Assembly (NCBI RefSeq): GCF_006345805.1 | Contig: NC_043010.1 | Location: forward strand, 9,796,001-9,860,000 | Direction of reading: 5' to 3' | DNA length: 64,000 nt | From: Octopus sinensis | Lineage: Eukaryota | In this document: positions 22,970 through 35,424 of the stretch, in pieces | Layout of the letters: the number at the start of each line of letters is the position of its first letter | Position numbering within the stretch: position 1 is the first letter of the stretch | The notes under the pieces: model-generated | Database searches by the model: none | What the model was told of the DNA's origin: nothing | What the model saw: the letters and a program-made list of their open reading frames with translations, nothing else | Position numbers and translations under genes: made by a program

Positions 22970-23530
22970 TGCAAGATATTTATCGTCTGGAAACTGTTCA
23001 GTGATGTGCAACCAAGAGAATACCTTCCATCAGGCATTTGCCATATTCTGAATGCCTTACTTCCCTGGGCATGGACACATTGAAACTCCAACGTCTGGCA
23101 GCTGACTTGGCAGACACCCATAAAATTATTAACCATCTTACAAACAATAACTCTGAGCACCTTTTCAAACTCCACCTGTCTAACACCCGTGGACATGTTT
23201 ACAAAGTCAGAAAACAGCACAGCTCCCATGAGTTTCGGAAACATTTTTTCACGCTAAGAGTTGCTGAAGTATGGAACAAACTGCCGGCATCAGTTGTTAG
23301 TTGTCGAAGCACTGCATCCTTCAAAACTTCCATGCTTCCAGAGATTTGTCACCAGCACACCTTATTTTCTCCCCTCCATACACACACAAGCATGTATCTG
23401 ACTCATACACCGTTCACTTTCCAGACATTTGTACAATACTGCATATGCTTTATATGCACTTTTGACAAGTCGTGGTGCACCTGAGCACTGTATCCAATAA
23501 TTTCATTATTATTATTATTATTATTATTTA
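22970..23530 (+). mobile_element. CR1-type LINE 3' fragment
   Basis: RLETVQ*CATKRIP..LPYSECL..LGMDTLKLQRL..DL...NTRGH.YK.....FFTLRVAEVWNKLP, followed by an (ATT)n tail. Confidence 0.85.
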
Positions 23531-23884
23531 ATGCACCCAAGCAGCTATCCACAATGAATACTGCTTGCATTTAGATCCCTCTGCTGTGAGGATAAATATC
23601 TTTTAATATGGATTTACAAAAGAAAATATATGAAGGCACCTGATCTTCACATATGATGCAGATGAGTATATCATTTATAGGAAAAGGCAGTGGTAATCAA
23701 GAAAATACTTTACACTAGAAGCCCCTCTGTTACAGGCCATAAGTTTGGTGTCATTGAATCTACCATTCCTTCCATTTACAAAATGATTAGAGTTGATTTA
23801 TTAATCACTTTTTTTTTACCCAACCCCAACATTGACAGGTGTATTAAAATTAGAAAATAAGAAATAACAACAGAAGTAATTTAC

Positions 23885-24026
23885 CTGGTATCTCCTCATA
23901 ATGTCCAAGGTCTTTCTCCTTTGAGTCATGTACTCCATCCAAGTGAGAGGATGATGTTGCACTGTGGGCCATACTAGTATTGCCCTTTTCACAACCGAAT
24001 ATCATTGCTCTTTGCTCAATGTAGCC
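23885..24026 (-). CDS. PCDH: Probable protocadherin cytoplasmic exon 2 (GYIEQRAMIFGCEKGNTSMAHSATSSSHLDGVHDSKEKDLGHYEEIP+G)
   Basis: Minus-strand acceptor ...attaattctgttgctgtcttttggatttag|GGC and donor CCAG|GTAAAT bound 142 nt of unique sequence. It is open in phase 0, matching the exon-1 donor, and exits in phase 1. The peptide is Ser-rich with a YEEI tyrosine motif. Confidence 0.75.
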
Positions 24027-24507
24027 CTAAATCCAAAAGACAGCAACAGAATTAATATTATGACTGAGAAGCAAATGATTTATTTGCTAACCATAAAGCA
24101 ATTTTTTTAAATACAGAAACTCAAAGGGCCATATATATATGAAGTTGGGTATCCCATAAGTTTTAATGCATGCACCTAATATGTCTTTTATGCCATCAGA
24201 TGTGGTAGGTAACAGGTTGTTTTTTTCATCATTCGGTGAGGAAACAAAAATGACATCCTTTTCCTGAAATGTTTTTTACAGTATATTTGAGACTTAGTGT
24301 CGAAAGAGGAAAAATAAAGAATTTCTTCAAGCCAAAGAATTGGCACTACCATTGGCAGCTGAGTGGATCCCATTGAGGTATCAAAGGACCGGTTTATTCT
24401 GGTTTTATACATGGGTGGGGTAGAGAAAGATCAGAATCAATTAAAAGTTTTGTTACACAGCTCCAAATTCCACGAAACCAGTTAAGTGTGCATGAGTGTG
24501 TGTGTGT

Positions 24508-24544
<37 letters not shown>

Positions 24545-24562
24545 ACGTGTGTGTATGTGTGC

Positions 24563-24602
<40 letters not shown>

Positions 24603-24927
24603 AGAGAGAGACAGACAGACACACAGACTGATACATATACATACACACACACACACACATATATATATGGATAGATAGATAGATAGATTATATATGCATA
24701 CCTATATACACATATACATTATATATATATGTGTGATATATATACAAATTATACACACACACACTTGCATATTTATGTGTGTAAATATGAGCTTATGGAT
24801 GCATGCAATATGGTAAAAACATACCAATGGTACTGGTCTTTGGCAAGAAGATAATTCCAATAATACTTTTAAAAGGCAGCAAGAATCATACAGGATTTGA
24901 ATAACTAAACCGTATATGACAAATATA

Positions 24928-25330
24928 ATCTTACTTAGAAATGGATGCATGCGTTCCGTCATATAATAAATTAATAAATAAATAAAACATATGCAAATAT
25001 ATACATACATATATGTACGTACCTACCTCTACATGTATATATACATGCATATATGGGTACAGGACATCAAAAAAATGCCGAACACAATGAGAAACGAAAA
25101 CGTAAACACAAATGGAATTTTCCTTGTTTTGTATGTCCTGTACTCTATTTTTTCGTTGTTTAAGAAAAGTGTCCATTTCCTTGGTTTTGTGTTTATGTTT
25201 TCGTTTCTCATTGTGTTCGACGTTTTTTTGGTGTCCAGTACCCATATATGCGTGTATATATACATGTAGAGGTAGGTATGTACATATATGTATGTATATA
25301 TGCATATGTTTTATTTATTAATTAATTTAT
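24928..25330. mobile_element. Fold-back insertion (about 154-bp inverted arms, 73-bp spacer) with a 15-bp direct repeat; Penelope-like
   Basis: Arms 24958..25112 and 25186..25338; TATATGACAAATATA at 24913 and 25331. Confidence 0.75.
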
Positions 25331-25524
25331 TATATGACAAATATAGTTGATGTTTTATCAAGCAAGGAAGTAGCATGTTCATACTATTTAGCTCATATTT
25401 TGTTTAATGTATGAACATGGTTTAAATAGAAGTTTTATTTACATTATTTACATTCGATGGATATTTGTCCTCATCTCTTAAATATAGAACAGAAGTTTTA
25501 TTTAGTTGTTTTCTTGTCATTGTC

Positions 25525-25740
25525 GTCTTTCGCTCATTTCAGTAATTTGACTGTGGCCATGCTGGGGCACTGTTTTGAAGGGTTTTACTTGAATGAACCG
25601 ACCTCTGTACTCCTTTATTTTTGTAATCTGTTACTCATTGTATTGATCGCTTATGCTGAATTGTTAAGTTACAGGAATGTAAACAAACTAACATCGGCTA
25701 TTGAGTGATAGAAGATGACAAACAATGACACACACACATA

Positions 25741-25794
<54 letters not shown>

Positions 25795-25801
25795 TATATA
25801 T

Positions 25802-25832
<31 letters not shown>

Positions 25833-25834
25833 CA

Positions 25835-25870
<36 letters not shown>

Positions 25871-25879
25871 TATATATGC

Positions 25880-25940
<61 letters not shown>

Positions 25941-26135
25941 TGTATGTATGTGTATATATATATATATATATACATATATACAACAGACTTCTGTCAGTTT
26001 CCATCCAGCAAATTCACTCACAAGGCTTTGGTCAACCAGGGGCTATAGTAAAAGGTGTTTGCTTAAGGTGCCATATAGTAGGACCAAATCCAGAACCATG
26101 TGGTTGGGAAGCAAATTTCTTACCACACAACCATG
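25525..26135 (-). mobile_element. SINE family A with expanded central (TA)/(TACA) microsatellite
   Basis: Both halves recognisable by homology to other copies. Confidence 0.8.
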
Positions 26136-26730
26136 CCCGACCTATAAAATGGTCAATTCTTGAATCGATTTAAGCATCTTTAAGGGCTTTATGTAATTAT
26201 AACGAATCCAGAATTTAGTCTGATTGTTGTTTTATCAAATTATATGTTGCATGGTGAAATTTAGCAGAGTTGTGTCCCTTGAAAGAGTCATCTACCTTTA
26301 AAGGACTTAAGTACGACATGGTATTCACATTGATTTACACCAAACTGCTATACACAAACATCAATTCTGACACTCAGATAGGGACATGCATACACTCATA
26401 CACATGTGTACATACACAAATAGATGCATGGACATAATGGGCTCTGGGACAGTTCCTGTTTGCTAAATTTCATTGACAAATCATCAGTCAACCCATGGCT
26501 ACAGTGAGACATGTCAAATTTACAATGCAGTACATAAAATTTGTTACCTAATTCACTTCTTCCATATTAACATATTAAATATTAAATCAACCCCTTTATT
26601 TAACAAGTAATTTATTTTATTGACCTCCACAAAGTAATAATACAAAATAAAAGCTAACTTCAGTAGGATTTAAACTCAGAATGCAAAGAGCTATAATTAA
26701 ATAGCATAGACATATCACCTGAAAATTTAA

Positions 26731-26950
26731 CCCTTTCATTACCAACCCGGCTGAAACCGGCTCTGGCTCTGAGTACAAATGTTTTGTTTACATAAGTTTT
26801 GAATTAAAATTTCTCACCAAACCTTAGTTACAATTTATGTTCCTAACACTAGCTTAATGATAACTAAGTTATTTTACTAAATTCGTTGTTATATTTAAAG
26901 TAATTGAAAGACACACAGAGTATCTCAAAATAAATACAGTAACGAAAGGG
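26731..26950 (+). mobile_element. piggyBac-type MITE, 220 bp
   Basis: TTAA TSDs at 26727..26730 and 26951..26954; 12-bp TIRs CCCTTTC(A/G)TTAC. Confidence 0.88.
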
Positions 26951-27474
26951 TTAATGATTGTATCAATTCACAGTATTGGTTGAGTTAGCTTTAATGTAAT
27001 CTCACATCATAAGACAATCACAGGCTCAAGGTTTGCAGCTTTCAAGGGCAATAACTTCAGTTTTAAGGAAATTCTTAGGTGCAATGAAGCAATAAGTTTG
27101 TTTTGCAGTGTAACTGAAAATTGAGATCGAGCAAGGTTTTGTTCTTTTGCTTTTCTAATGGGCCCAGATTTATGTAATTTTTATTGGAGATATCAGTAAC
27201 GACAGAACCATTGAAGGTGACTTTATCACAATCTCCATCATCTTGCTGTCTGCTAGAAAAGCTTGAGAATACATTTAAGAATGCCAGGTGATAAGGCTGA
27301 TAATGCAGCATTTCTTGAAGGTAGGGCACAAAGTTATTTCCAAATCTTAAGGAATATGTGTGTATGCATGAGTGTATATATAAATGAATACACATACATA
27401 AATACACACACATGCATACATACATACATACATACATACATACATACATACAATCATACATATTATTATTATTA

Positions 27475-27552
27475 TCTTTTTTTTTCTTCTTCTTTCAAAT
27501 TTGCTTCCATTTCTTGCCGAGTATCTTCCCGACTCCTAGGGCAGAGAAACTC

Positions 27553-27553
<1 letters not shown>
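27475..27553 (-). mobile_element. Very short 3' tip of an R4/Dong-like LINE within (ATT)n
   Basis: Reverse complement of 37905..37976; (ATT)n on both sides. A more diverged copy lies at 27890..27962. Confidence 0.75.
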
Positions 27554-27605
<52 letters not shown>

Positions 27606-28032
27606 CATTGTTATTATTATTATCATCATTATTATCATCATTATTATTATGGTGGTGACAAGCTGGCAGAATCATTAGATATCAGATAAAATGCTTTGTG
27701 ACATTGTTTTCATCTCTTTACATTTTGGGTTCAAATTCTGCCAGGGTCAACTTTGCCTTTTTATCCTTTTGGGGCCAATAAGAAAAATATATTAGTTGAG
27801 CAATGGAGGTCAATGTAATCAACTAATCCTTATCCACTAAGATTGCCGGCCTTCTGCCAATATTTGAAACCATTATTATTACTATTATTATGAGTTTTTC
27901 TTCTTTCAATTCTGATTCCATTTCTTGAGTGTCCTTCCAACTCTTGGGACAAAGAAACTCACTGGATTATTATTATTAATATTATTATTATTATTATTAT
28001 TATATTATTATTATTATTACTATTATTATTAC

Positions 28033-28072
<40 letters not shown>

Positions 28073-28589
28073 TGCATAAATGATCCCAATCATCTTAATC
28101 TATTTTCATTAGTCATAAATAATTTTCTTATACTAGATATAAATAAGAAATTGTATAAAAGATTAGTCCTCAATTCAGAATGCTTGACCTCACAAAGAAC
28201 GTAACATCATCGTGTTTGAAATCCACTTTTAACACCAATAAAAGTTAAAGTTTAGATACATAGCATTTACATTGCTCCTGTGTTTGTGTGTGTGTGGATT
28301 AGATTGTATCATCTAGTCTGAAAAATAACTTCAGGACCTGAAATATTTCAAAACCACTTCATGAAATTTATTACCGAGAAACACCTGATTGAAGAGTTCA
28401 GATACTAAGCTGGAAAGGAAGTCTGGCTGCATTTTTGATTTGATCACTTGCAGGGTGCTTTTTCAGTATTTATGGTAAAATAAGCATTAATTTTTACATT
28501 CTAATGCCTTTTTTTTCTTTGCAGATTATGTTATATTATTACGGATAAATTCTTATCAATTTTACCCTTTTAAAATTAGTTTATATTAG

Positions 28590-29605
28590 ACTCATATCAG
28601 ACACTGCAGGTTGTATTAATTCCAAAGATTCTCATTAGCAATGGAAGTACCAAGAAATATTTGTTCTGTCTATGGAAAGGAATCTGTAAGTGTCCAGACA
28701 TGCCAACGATGGTTTGGCCAGTTTTGCTTGAGAAATTTTTCATTTGCAGATTCTCCTCATCCTGAAAGACGACCAAGTTCTGTCACTAGTGAGCTTCTGA
28801 CAACTATAACTGAGAGAAATCCAAAGCACACTACATGGGAATTCGCAAAATAGTTAAATTCAAGTTACAATTCAATCATTAAAAAATATCATAAACTAGG
28901 AAAAGTACATAAATTTGGTCAGTAAGTCCTTCATCATTTGACTGCTTCATAGCTTCATCAAAGAGTTGCTCTCTGTTCATTTTTGAAGAGTAGACTTGCT
29001 ACTGAACCTTTACTGGGAAGAATCATTACAAATTAGGAAAAAGTGGGTTCCCTATAATCATATCTAAAGAAAATAACAATGGTTAGCACCCAATAGCAAA
29101 GGAGAACCCCTCTCCAAACCAGGACTACATCCGAAAATGGTCATGCTTTGTGTTTGGTAAGATATGAAGGGTGACCTTTATCATGAAGTATTAAGCCGAA
29201 ATAGGAAAGTTAATGTGGAGAATTAATGTCATCACTTGGAAGCATTGTACAAAAATTTGCAGAGGGAGCTCCCATTGTTGATCTGTCATAAAGGGGTGTT
29301 ACTCTTAAATGATAATTCAAGACCACATATTACCCATGTCACTTAGAAAAAGATTGCAGCATTAAGTAGTGAAGTTTTACTTTATTCTCTTTACTCTCCT
29401 GACTTTGCTTATCTGATTATCATCTTTTCAGATTATCACAATATTATTTTGAGGAGAAATAGTTTATTAATTGGAGAAAGATTTAAAATAATATGGAGTG
29501 TTTCTTTGCTGCAAAACCTACAGAAATTTTTGCCTGAAAGGTCAACAATTTACCAAATAGATGAGATTATGTAATTAATAATCGGGGAAAATATTATCTT
29601 GATTG
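28590..29605 (+). pseudogene. Decayed mariner transposase
   Basis: HIRHCRLY*F..AMEVPRNICSVYG..VSVQTCQRWF..F (HTH), GRIIT..KVG, GLHPKMVMLCVW*D, LLLNDNSRPH and LYSPDFA motifs, with many stops and frameshifts; TIRs not resolved. Confidence 0.88.
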
Positions 29606-30054
29606 AATATGTTGAGACCAAAGAAGCATTTGTTTCTTTCCCATCTTGAAATGTAGCAGGACTTTCTTTTCAACATTATACAAAACAATAAAAGCTGATT
29701 TTAGTAAATTCAAAAGGAACTGATTAAGACTGCTTGGTGACAACAAGTGTTGAAATGATGGTCTCTTTAGAATCTGTCTGAAGGGTATGACACCTGGAAA
29801 GAGAAACTGGGGATATGCTAACAGTTGGTAGGGAAACCAGATTCGAAAGTGGTCTCAGTAATCAATCATGGACAGTGCTCAATACTTTGGCAGTGAGCAG
29901 AAATAGGTGGAGGAGGAAATATGCTCGTAACAATCAGAAATGACAATTCACAGAAAAAAGAAAGAAGACAAAACATGGAGAATTGCTATGTTTCATCATA
30001 GCAATTCTCTTGCAACACATAACAGCATGTAAAAGTGGACGTGAAAATTATGTG

Positions 30055-30482
30055 GACAGAGATGATAATGATGATGATAATGATGATGATGAGGATGACA
30101 ATGATGGCAACGACGATGATGATGATAATGATGATGATAATGATGATGTTGATGATATTGATAATGATGATGATAATGATGATAATGAGGAGGAGGAGGT
30201 AGAGGATGATGACGATGATGATGGCAACGACGATGATGATGACAATGATAATGATAATAATGATGTTGATGATATTGATAATGATGATGAGGAGGAGGAG
30301 GAGGTAGAGGATGATGATGACGATGATGGCAACGGCGATGATGATGACAATGATGATGATAATGATGATGATTATGATGATGATGACGACGACGATGACA
30401 ATGACCATGATGATGATGATGATGATGATTGTGATGATGATGACGACGACGACGACAATGACCATGATGATGATGATGATAA
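30055..30482. repeat. (GAT/AAT/GAG)n array at the start of protocadherin intron 1
   Basis: Begins 30 nt inside the intron; has an internal ~100-bp reiteration. Confidence 0.95.
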
Positions 30483-30511
30483 GTTTGTGAAAATGGAAGC
30501 GTTGGACTCAC

Positions 30512-32893
30512 CTGTTTGACAGTTGGTAATTTTTTGGCCTTTTTATTTTTTAGTATATCTCTAGAAAACAGCTGACTTTTTGAGCCAACGAGCTGTATAT
30601 TTCTACTTCTCATTTCCTTCGGATTCCTTGTCACAATAACTGGATTATCAATCTGAGACATTAGATGCCGCATTTCGTTCCGAGATTGATTGGAAAGGTT
30701 CTCTACTGCTCTGTAAGAAGCATTCCTCATATTATTGCATCTGACAATGCATAGCGTTAGAGAAACAACTACTGCAATTGACACCACCACTGCGATGGAT
30801 GTAATGGCTATTACTAAATTAAGATGTATTTTATTATCTGACTGCAATTCAAGATTCGTTAACATTCCAGTAGTTTCATTACTGACGGTTAATGTCAGCG
30901 TCATGGTGGTCGTAGCTGATAAAACTGGAATGCCACTGTCTTTTACAAGAAATTGAAGTTCATATGTCCCTATATCATTTTGATAAACTTTACGAGAGAA
31001 AGATAATACACCCGAGTGTAGGTTAATTGCAAACAAGTGTTTATTGTTACCTTTAATTATTTCATACGTAAGAAAGGCGTTGACATGACCGTCTCTGTCA
31101 GAGGCTCTAATTGTAGTGATATCACTTTTACTCTGTGGGTGATAGTGTACATCTAAGTTAAAGGGATCAACATTTGGAAAGATAAAATATGGGGCGTTAT
31201 CGTTTTCATCCATGACTTCGACAATGACGTTTGCTGTATTATTCAATGACGGTTTCCCATTGTCTTTGACGAAAACTTGAAATTCATATATTTCTTCTAC
31301 TTCCCTGTCTAATGTTCTTGTTGTTAGAATTAATCCTTCATTTGTAATTTTAAACGGAAGCACTTTATTATTTTTATATAGCAGAGAATATGTAAGTTGA
31401 CCCCCAAGCCCTAAATCAGGGTCAGTAGCATTAATAAACCCTACAGGAAAGTTTGCCTCCTCATTTTCATATGTCAAAAATTTGAATACATCTTTTGTAA
31501 ACTGTGGCTGGACATCATTGACGTCCATTACTTGGATAGAAAATTTACTTTCTGTTGTTAATGGTGGAGACCCATTATCTCTACATGATATTGTTATATT
31601 ATGAAGGTCTTCAACTTCTCTGTCTACTGAAGTTTTGAGAATTACTTTATATTCCTTTGAACCTAAACTTAAAAGTTGGAATTTACTGTGTTTTAACTCA
31701 CAGCTCACCTCACCCTTCTTACCACTATCATTGTCGGTGACTTTTATATAAGCAATAAAACTTCCAACTTTGGTACCTTCCGATACCGTAACAGTGTTTT
31801 CCGCTAAAGCTGATACAAAATTGACATCTATACTTGGAGCATTGTTTTGTTGGTTGATCACATATACGAGAACCAATGCAATAGAACTTAAAGGTGGACT
31901 TCCTCCATCTGCAGCTTCTACAAATAATTTATAAAATAATTTTTGTTCTGATGTTATATTTCTCCGGCGGAAAATTTCCCCACTGGTTTCCTTCAATTCA
32001 AAATGTGCCTTCCCGATATCGGATGTTTTTGAACTGAAATGGTATGAGACCTGACTGTTTTTTCCCGCGTCAGAATCAGTTGCACTCACAACAGCAACTG
32101 GAATATTTGATGGGTGATCTCTCTTGATAGAAACATTGTAAATATCCCGAGAAAACACAGGTGAATTATCATTTACATCAAGTACAAATATTTGAACATT
32201 TAAAATACTTTGTTTGGGTGGGGATCCTCCATCTTTTGCAATGACCTGTACATGGTAAACGTCTTGTACTTCTCTATCTAACGTCTCTTCTAATATTATT
32301 CCAAGTTTTGATGTGCCGTCTAGTTTTTCTGATATTGATAATTCAAATGGTAAATTGGGTTCTCTTTTGAGTTGATATGTAATTTGAGAATTTAAAACCC
32401 CAACATCATCATCAATAGCATTTGGAATGGACTTTTTAGTCCCACTTCGGTCAGTTTCAGAAAATGTTAGGTTTATTTGCTTGCTATGAAAACGAGGTTG
32501 ATGATCATTGATGTCCTTTATAATAACTTTAATTTTTAATATGTTCATGAAAATATCTGCTTTTTGTACGGCAACATCTACCATCCTGTAACATTCTGTG
32601 TTGTATATACAAAGCGATTCTGCATCGAATGTTTGTCCCGTGTAGAGTTTTCCACTCCTGGTTACATTGAATAGCTGCGATACAGCTGTCCCCTTCTTTG
32701 ACAATTGACTAAAACTAATCAATCTACGATCTTGTAGAGTGATGCTATCATGCAAGTGTATGTCAGCAGATATATCGCCCAGGAAGCTACCTGCCTCCTG
32801 ACTTTCATCAACATGATAAATGAGGTCGACACACAGGCAGTAGTGAAAGCAGGTGAGCAATATACAAACTGGTGCCAGAATTGCCCCTCTCAT
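30512..32893 (-). CDS. PCDH: Protocadherin, large first coding exon (794 codons): signal peptide, six cadherin repeats, TM helix, start of cytoplasmic tail
   Basis: The ORF has signal peptide MRGAILAPVCILLTCFHYCLC, an EC1 C-x5-C motif (CIYNTEC), Ca-binding linkers DINDH, DVNDN, QQNNAP, DVNDV, DENDN, repeated LDRE/DxDxG motifs and a TM segment LVIAITSIAVVVSIAVVVSLTLCIV. A consensus donor CAG|GTGAGT follows Q794 (exon ends 30512, phase 0). An acceptor ttttcttgtcgtttcag| lies at 32939, 45 nt upstream of the ATG. The symbol is family-level only. Confidence 0.96.
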
Positions 32894-32938
32894 AACTGAT
32901 AGAGCCAGCTGTTGTAGGGTTCAAACATTGAGCGTTTT
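32894..32938 (-). other. 5'UTR portion of the protocadherin large exon, containing a 12-aa uORF; implies an upstream non-coding exon
   Basis: Polypyrimidine tract plus CAG acceptor at 32941..32939; uATG at 32928 with its stop overlapping the main ATG. Confidence 0.6.
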
Positions 32939-33267
32939 CTGAAACGACAAGAAAATTATTTTGTAATTATTGAATATAAATGAAAACTTTCTCTTAAACA
33001 TGGAATGTTTTAATACAAAACATATTCAAATATTTGAGTCTATAAACATTTACATTCATTTGTTGTACTCAAAAATATGCATATACATGTGCATTAGTAT
33101 GTGTATTTGTGTGTGCATATGTGTGTATGTGTGTGTGTGTGGGTATCAGAATGTGCATGTATGTATATATGTTTGTATGTATGTGTGTATATGTACACAT
33201 GATAAATGTATATATATACTGAATCAAACTGTTTTGATCCACACATATAACTTACAATAACTCACTC

Positions 33268-33303
<36 letters not shown>

Positions 33304-33444
33304 GTGTGTGTGTGTGTGGGTATCAGAATGTGCATGTATGTATATATGTTTGTATGTATGTGTGTATATGTACACATGATAAATGTATATATATACTGAA
33401 TCAAACTGTTTTGATCCACACATATAACTTACAATAACTCACTC

Positions 33445-33506
<62 letters not shown>

Positions 33507-33511
33507 GTGTG

Positions 33512-33817
33512 TGTGGAGCCGCAATGGCCCAGTGGTTAGGGTAGTGGACTCGCGGTTGTAGGATCGCAGTTTCGATTCCCAGACTGGGTGTTGTGAGTGT
33601 TTATTGAGCGAAAACATCTAAAAGCTCTACGAAGCTCCAGCTGGGGCTGGTGGTGATCCCTGCTGTACTCTTTCACCACAACTTTCTCTCACTCTTTCTT
33701 CTGTTGGCCTGCTCGCTTAACTAGCGGGGTGGCATCATTCGAAGGCTAAAACAATGCAAAGCGCATTGTGACCAGCGATGTGTAGCAACATCTGATAGCC
33801 TAGTCTGTCATAGTGAT
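33512..33817 (+). mobile_element. SINE family C
   Basis: A-box TGGCCCAGTGG, B-box-like GTTTCGATTCCC, standard tail. Confidence 0.88.
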
Positions 33818-34341
33818 ATATATATATATATATATAATGTCATTCATTTCCAATATTCCATATGGAAATGTCATTTTGCTTGGAGACAAATGAGAGTCGG
33901 CAACAGGAAGATCATCCTGGTATAGGAAGTTTTGCCTGAATGAATTCCATCGAACCCATGCAGGCACAGAAAAGAGGATGTTAAAATAAGGATGATGATG
34001 ATATATGCTAAACATGTCTCCATTTCCTCATTGAAGCCTTATTTTTATTTTTACCATATTGTTGAATTTGCTTTAATTACCCAGGATAGAATAGGTTTTT
34101 AGATTATGCTGTTCCTTGATAAAGCTAATAATAATGATCAGATTTAATTTTTAAAGGAATATATTTTGTAAATAATTATAACTTAACAAGTGTGCCAAGC
34201 CATTATATGGCTGTTTTAAAGTCATAAAGTAAATACATACATACATACATGCATACATACATGCATACATACATACATACATACATACATGCATGCATAC
34301 ATGCATGCATACATACATACATGCATGCATACATGCATGCA

Positions 34342-34374
<33 letters not shown>

Positions 34375-34627
34375 GTGTGTGTGTGTGTGTATAACATGAG
34401 GGGAAGAAACTCATTTATCAGAGATAACCTATACAATTAGTAGAAAAATAAATTAGTGGAGTGTAAATTTTTAAAGCAGTAAGGGAACTAACTTGAATAA
34501 GTTCAGTTGACAGAAAGTTACATACACCCATATCTATATTAATATATATACACACAAACACACATACAGACATATATGCCAGCATGAAGCATGAATGTTA
34601 AATGATGATAATGATTGTATATATATA

Positions 34628-35250
34628 CTAGCAGCATAGCCCGGCGTTGCCCGGGTATGTAAGAGCCCCTAGTAGGCAACGACTAATCCCAATCTAGTCC
34701 TTTCCCTCTAGGGAACGAAGGCGCATGTGTAGGTTGCAATGTCTTCTCTTCACTCGAATACTTCTGTGTATATGATGTTCCTAGCTGTCCCTTTGGGCGA
34801 AAACATGAAAACATCATTGAGCCTCCCAAGAGAGTTAAAAAGGTCGAGTTGCGTCCCCTAGACAGTCTGTGGTTTGTGTTTAATACACAAATCGGTTTGC
34901 TATGTGTGCCACATATGATTTAATTAACCGATTTTTTCCAGTAATAAAGTATCTTATTGGAATAAAAAGGGCCATATAGCTCCTTGGAGCAGACATGATG
35001 CTCGCTGTGAATTTAAAAAAAAAATTCCTGCCAATTTGTGAAAGATATTGTCGAAAATATGTCATCTTGAATTTGAACGTGATTTCCCAAAATGGCATGA
35101 TTTTATCGATTTTTTCTGATGGTAAGGTATTGCATGGAAAACTAACGGCAGAATTAAGTTTCTTAGGGTAACATTAAGCTTCACCATGAGTTTGGTGAAA
35201 ATCGATTGCAAGTTGCGAAAACTACAACAGAAAATGTGTTGCATATAAAA
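34628..35250 (-). mobile_element. Non-autonomous Helitron-like element
   Basis: Minus-strand 3' end: hairpin cccgggcaacgccggg followed by CTAG|T at 34628; the 5' boundary is uncertain. Confidence 0.6.
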
Positions 35251-35424
35251 GCTTAGATTCTGAGTTCAAATTTCACCTAGGTTGACTTTGCCTTTTTTTC
35301 CCTTCATGTTGGAAAAAATATGTCCAAGCCCAACACTGGGGTTAATATCATCAATTACCCTCTCCCACAAAGTTTCAGCCCTTTTGCCTATAATAGAAGG
35401 AAAAATAAGTAAGGCTTAAATTCA

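Noticed and set aside
24188-24412. Protein-like ORFs next to exon 2
   Set aside because: No recognisable domain or consistent splice signals.
26960-27345. Unique, higher-complexity segment with a minus-strand ORF, as an extra protocadherin exon
   Set aside because: No phase-compatible acceptor/donor pair found and no recognisable homology; origin unexplained.
29983-30519. Asp-rich 178-aa ORF resembling an acidic biomineralisation protein
   Set aside because: It is the plus-strand reading of the same (GAT)n array, with no independent gene features.
29996-32893. 965-aa protocadherin as a single-exon CDS with a poly-His tail
   Set aside because: A consensus donor CAG|GTGAGT lies at 30512, and the tail is a translated (CAT)n microsatellite.
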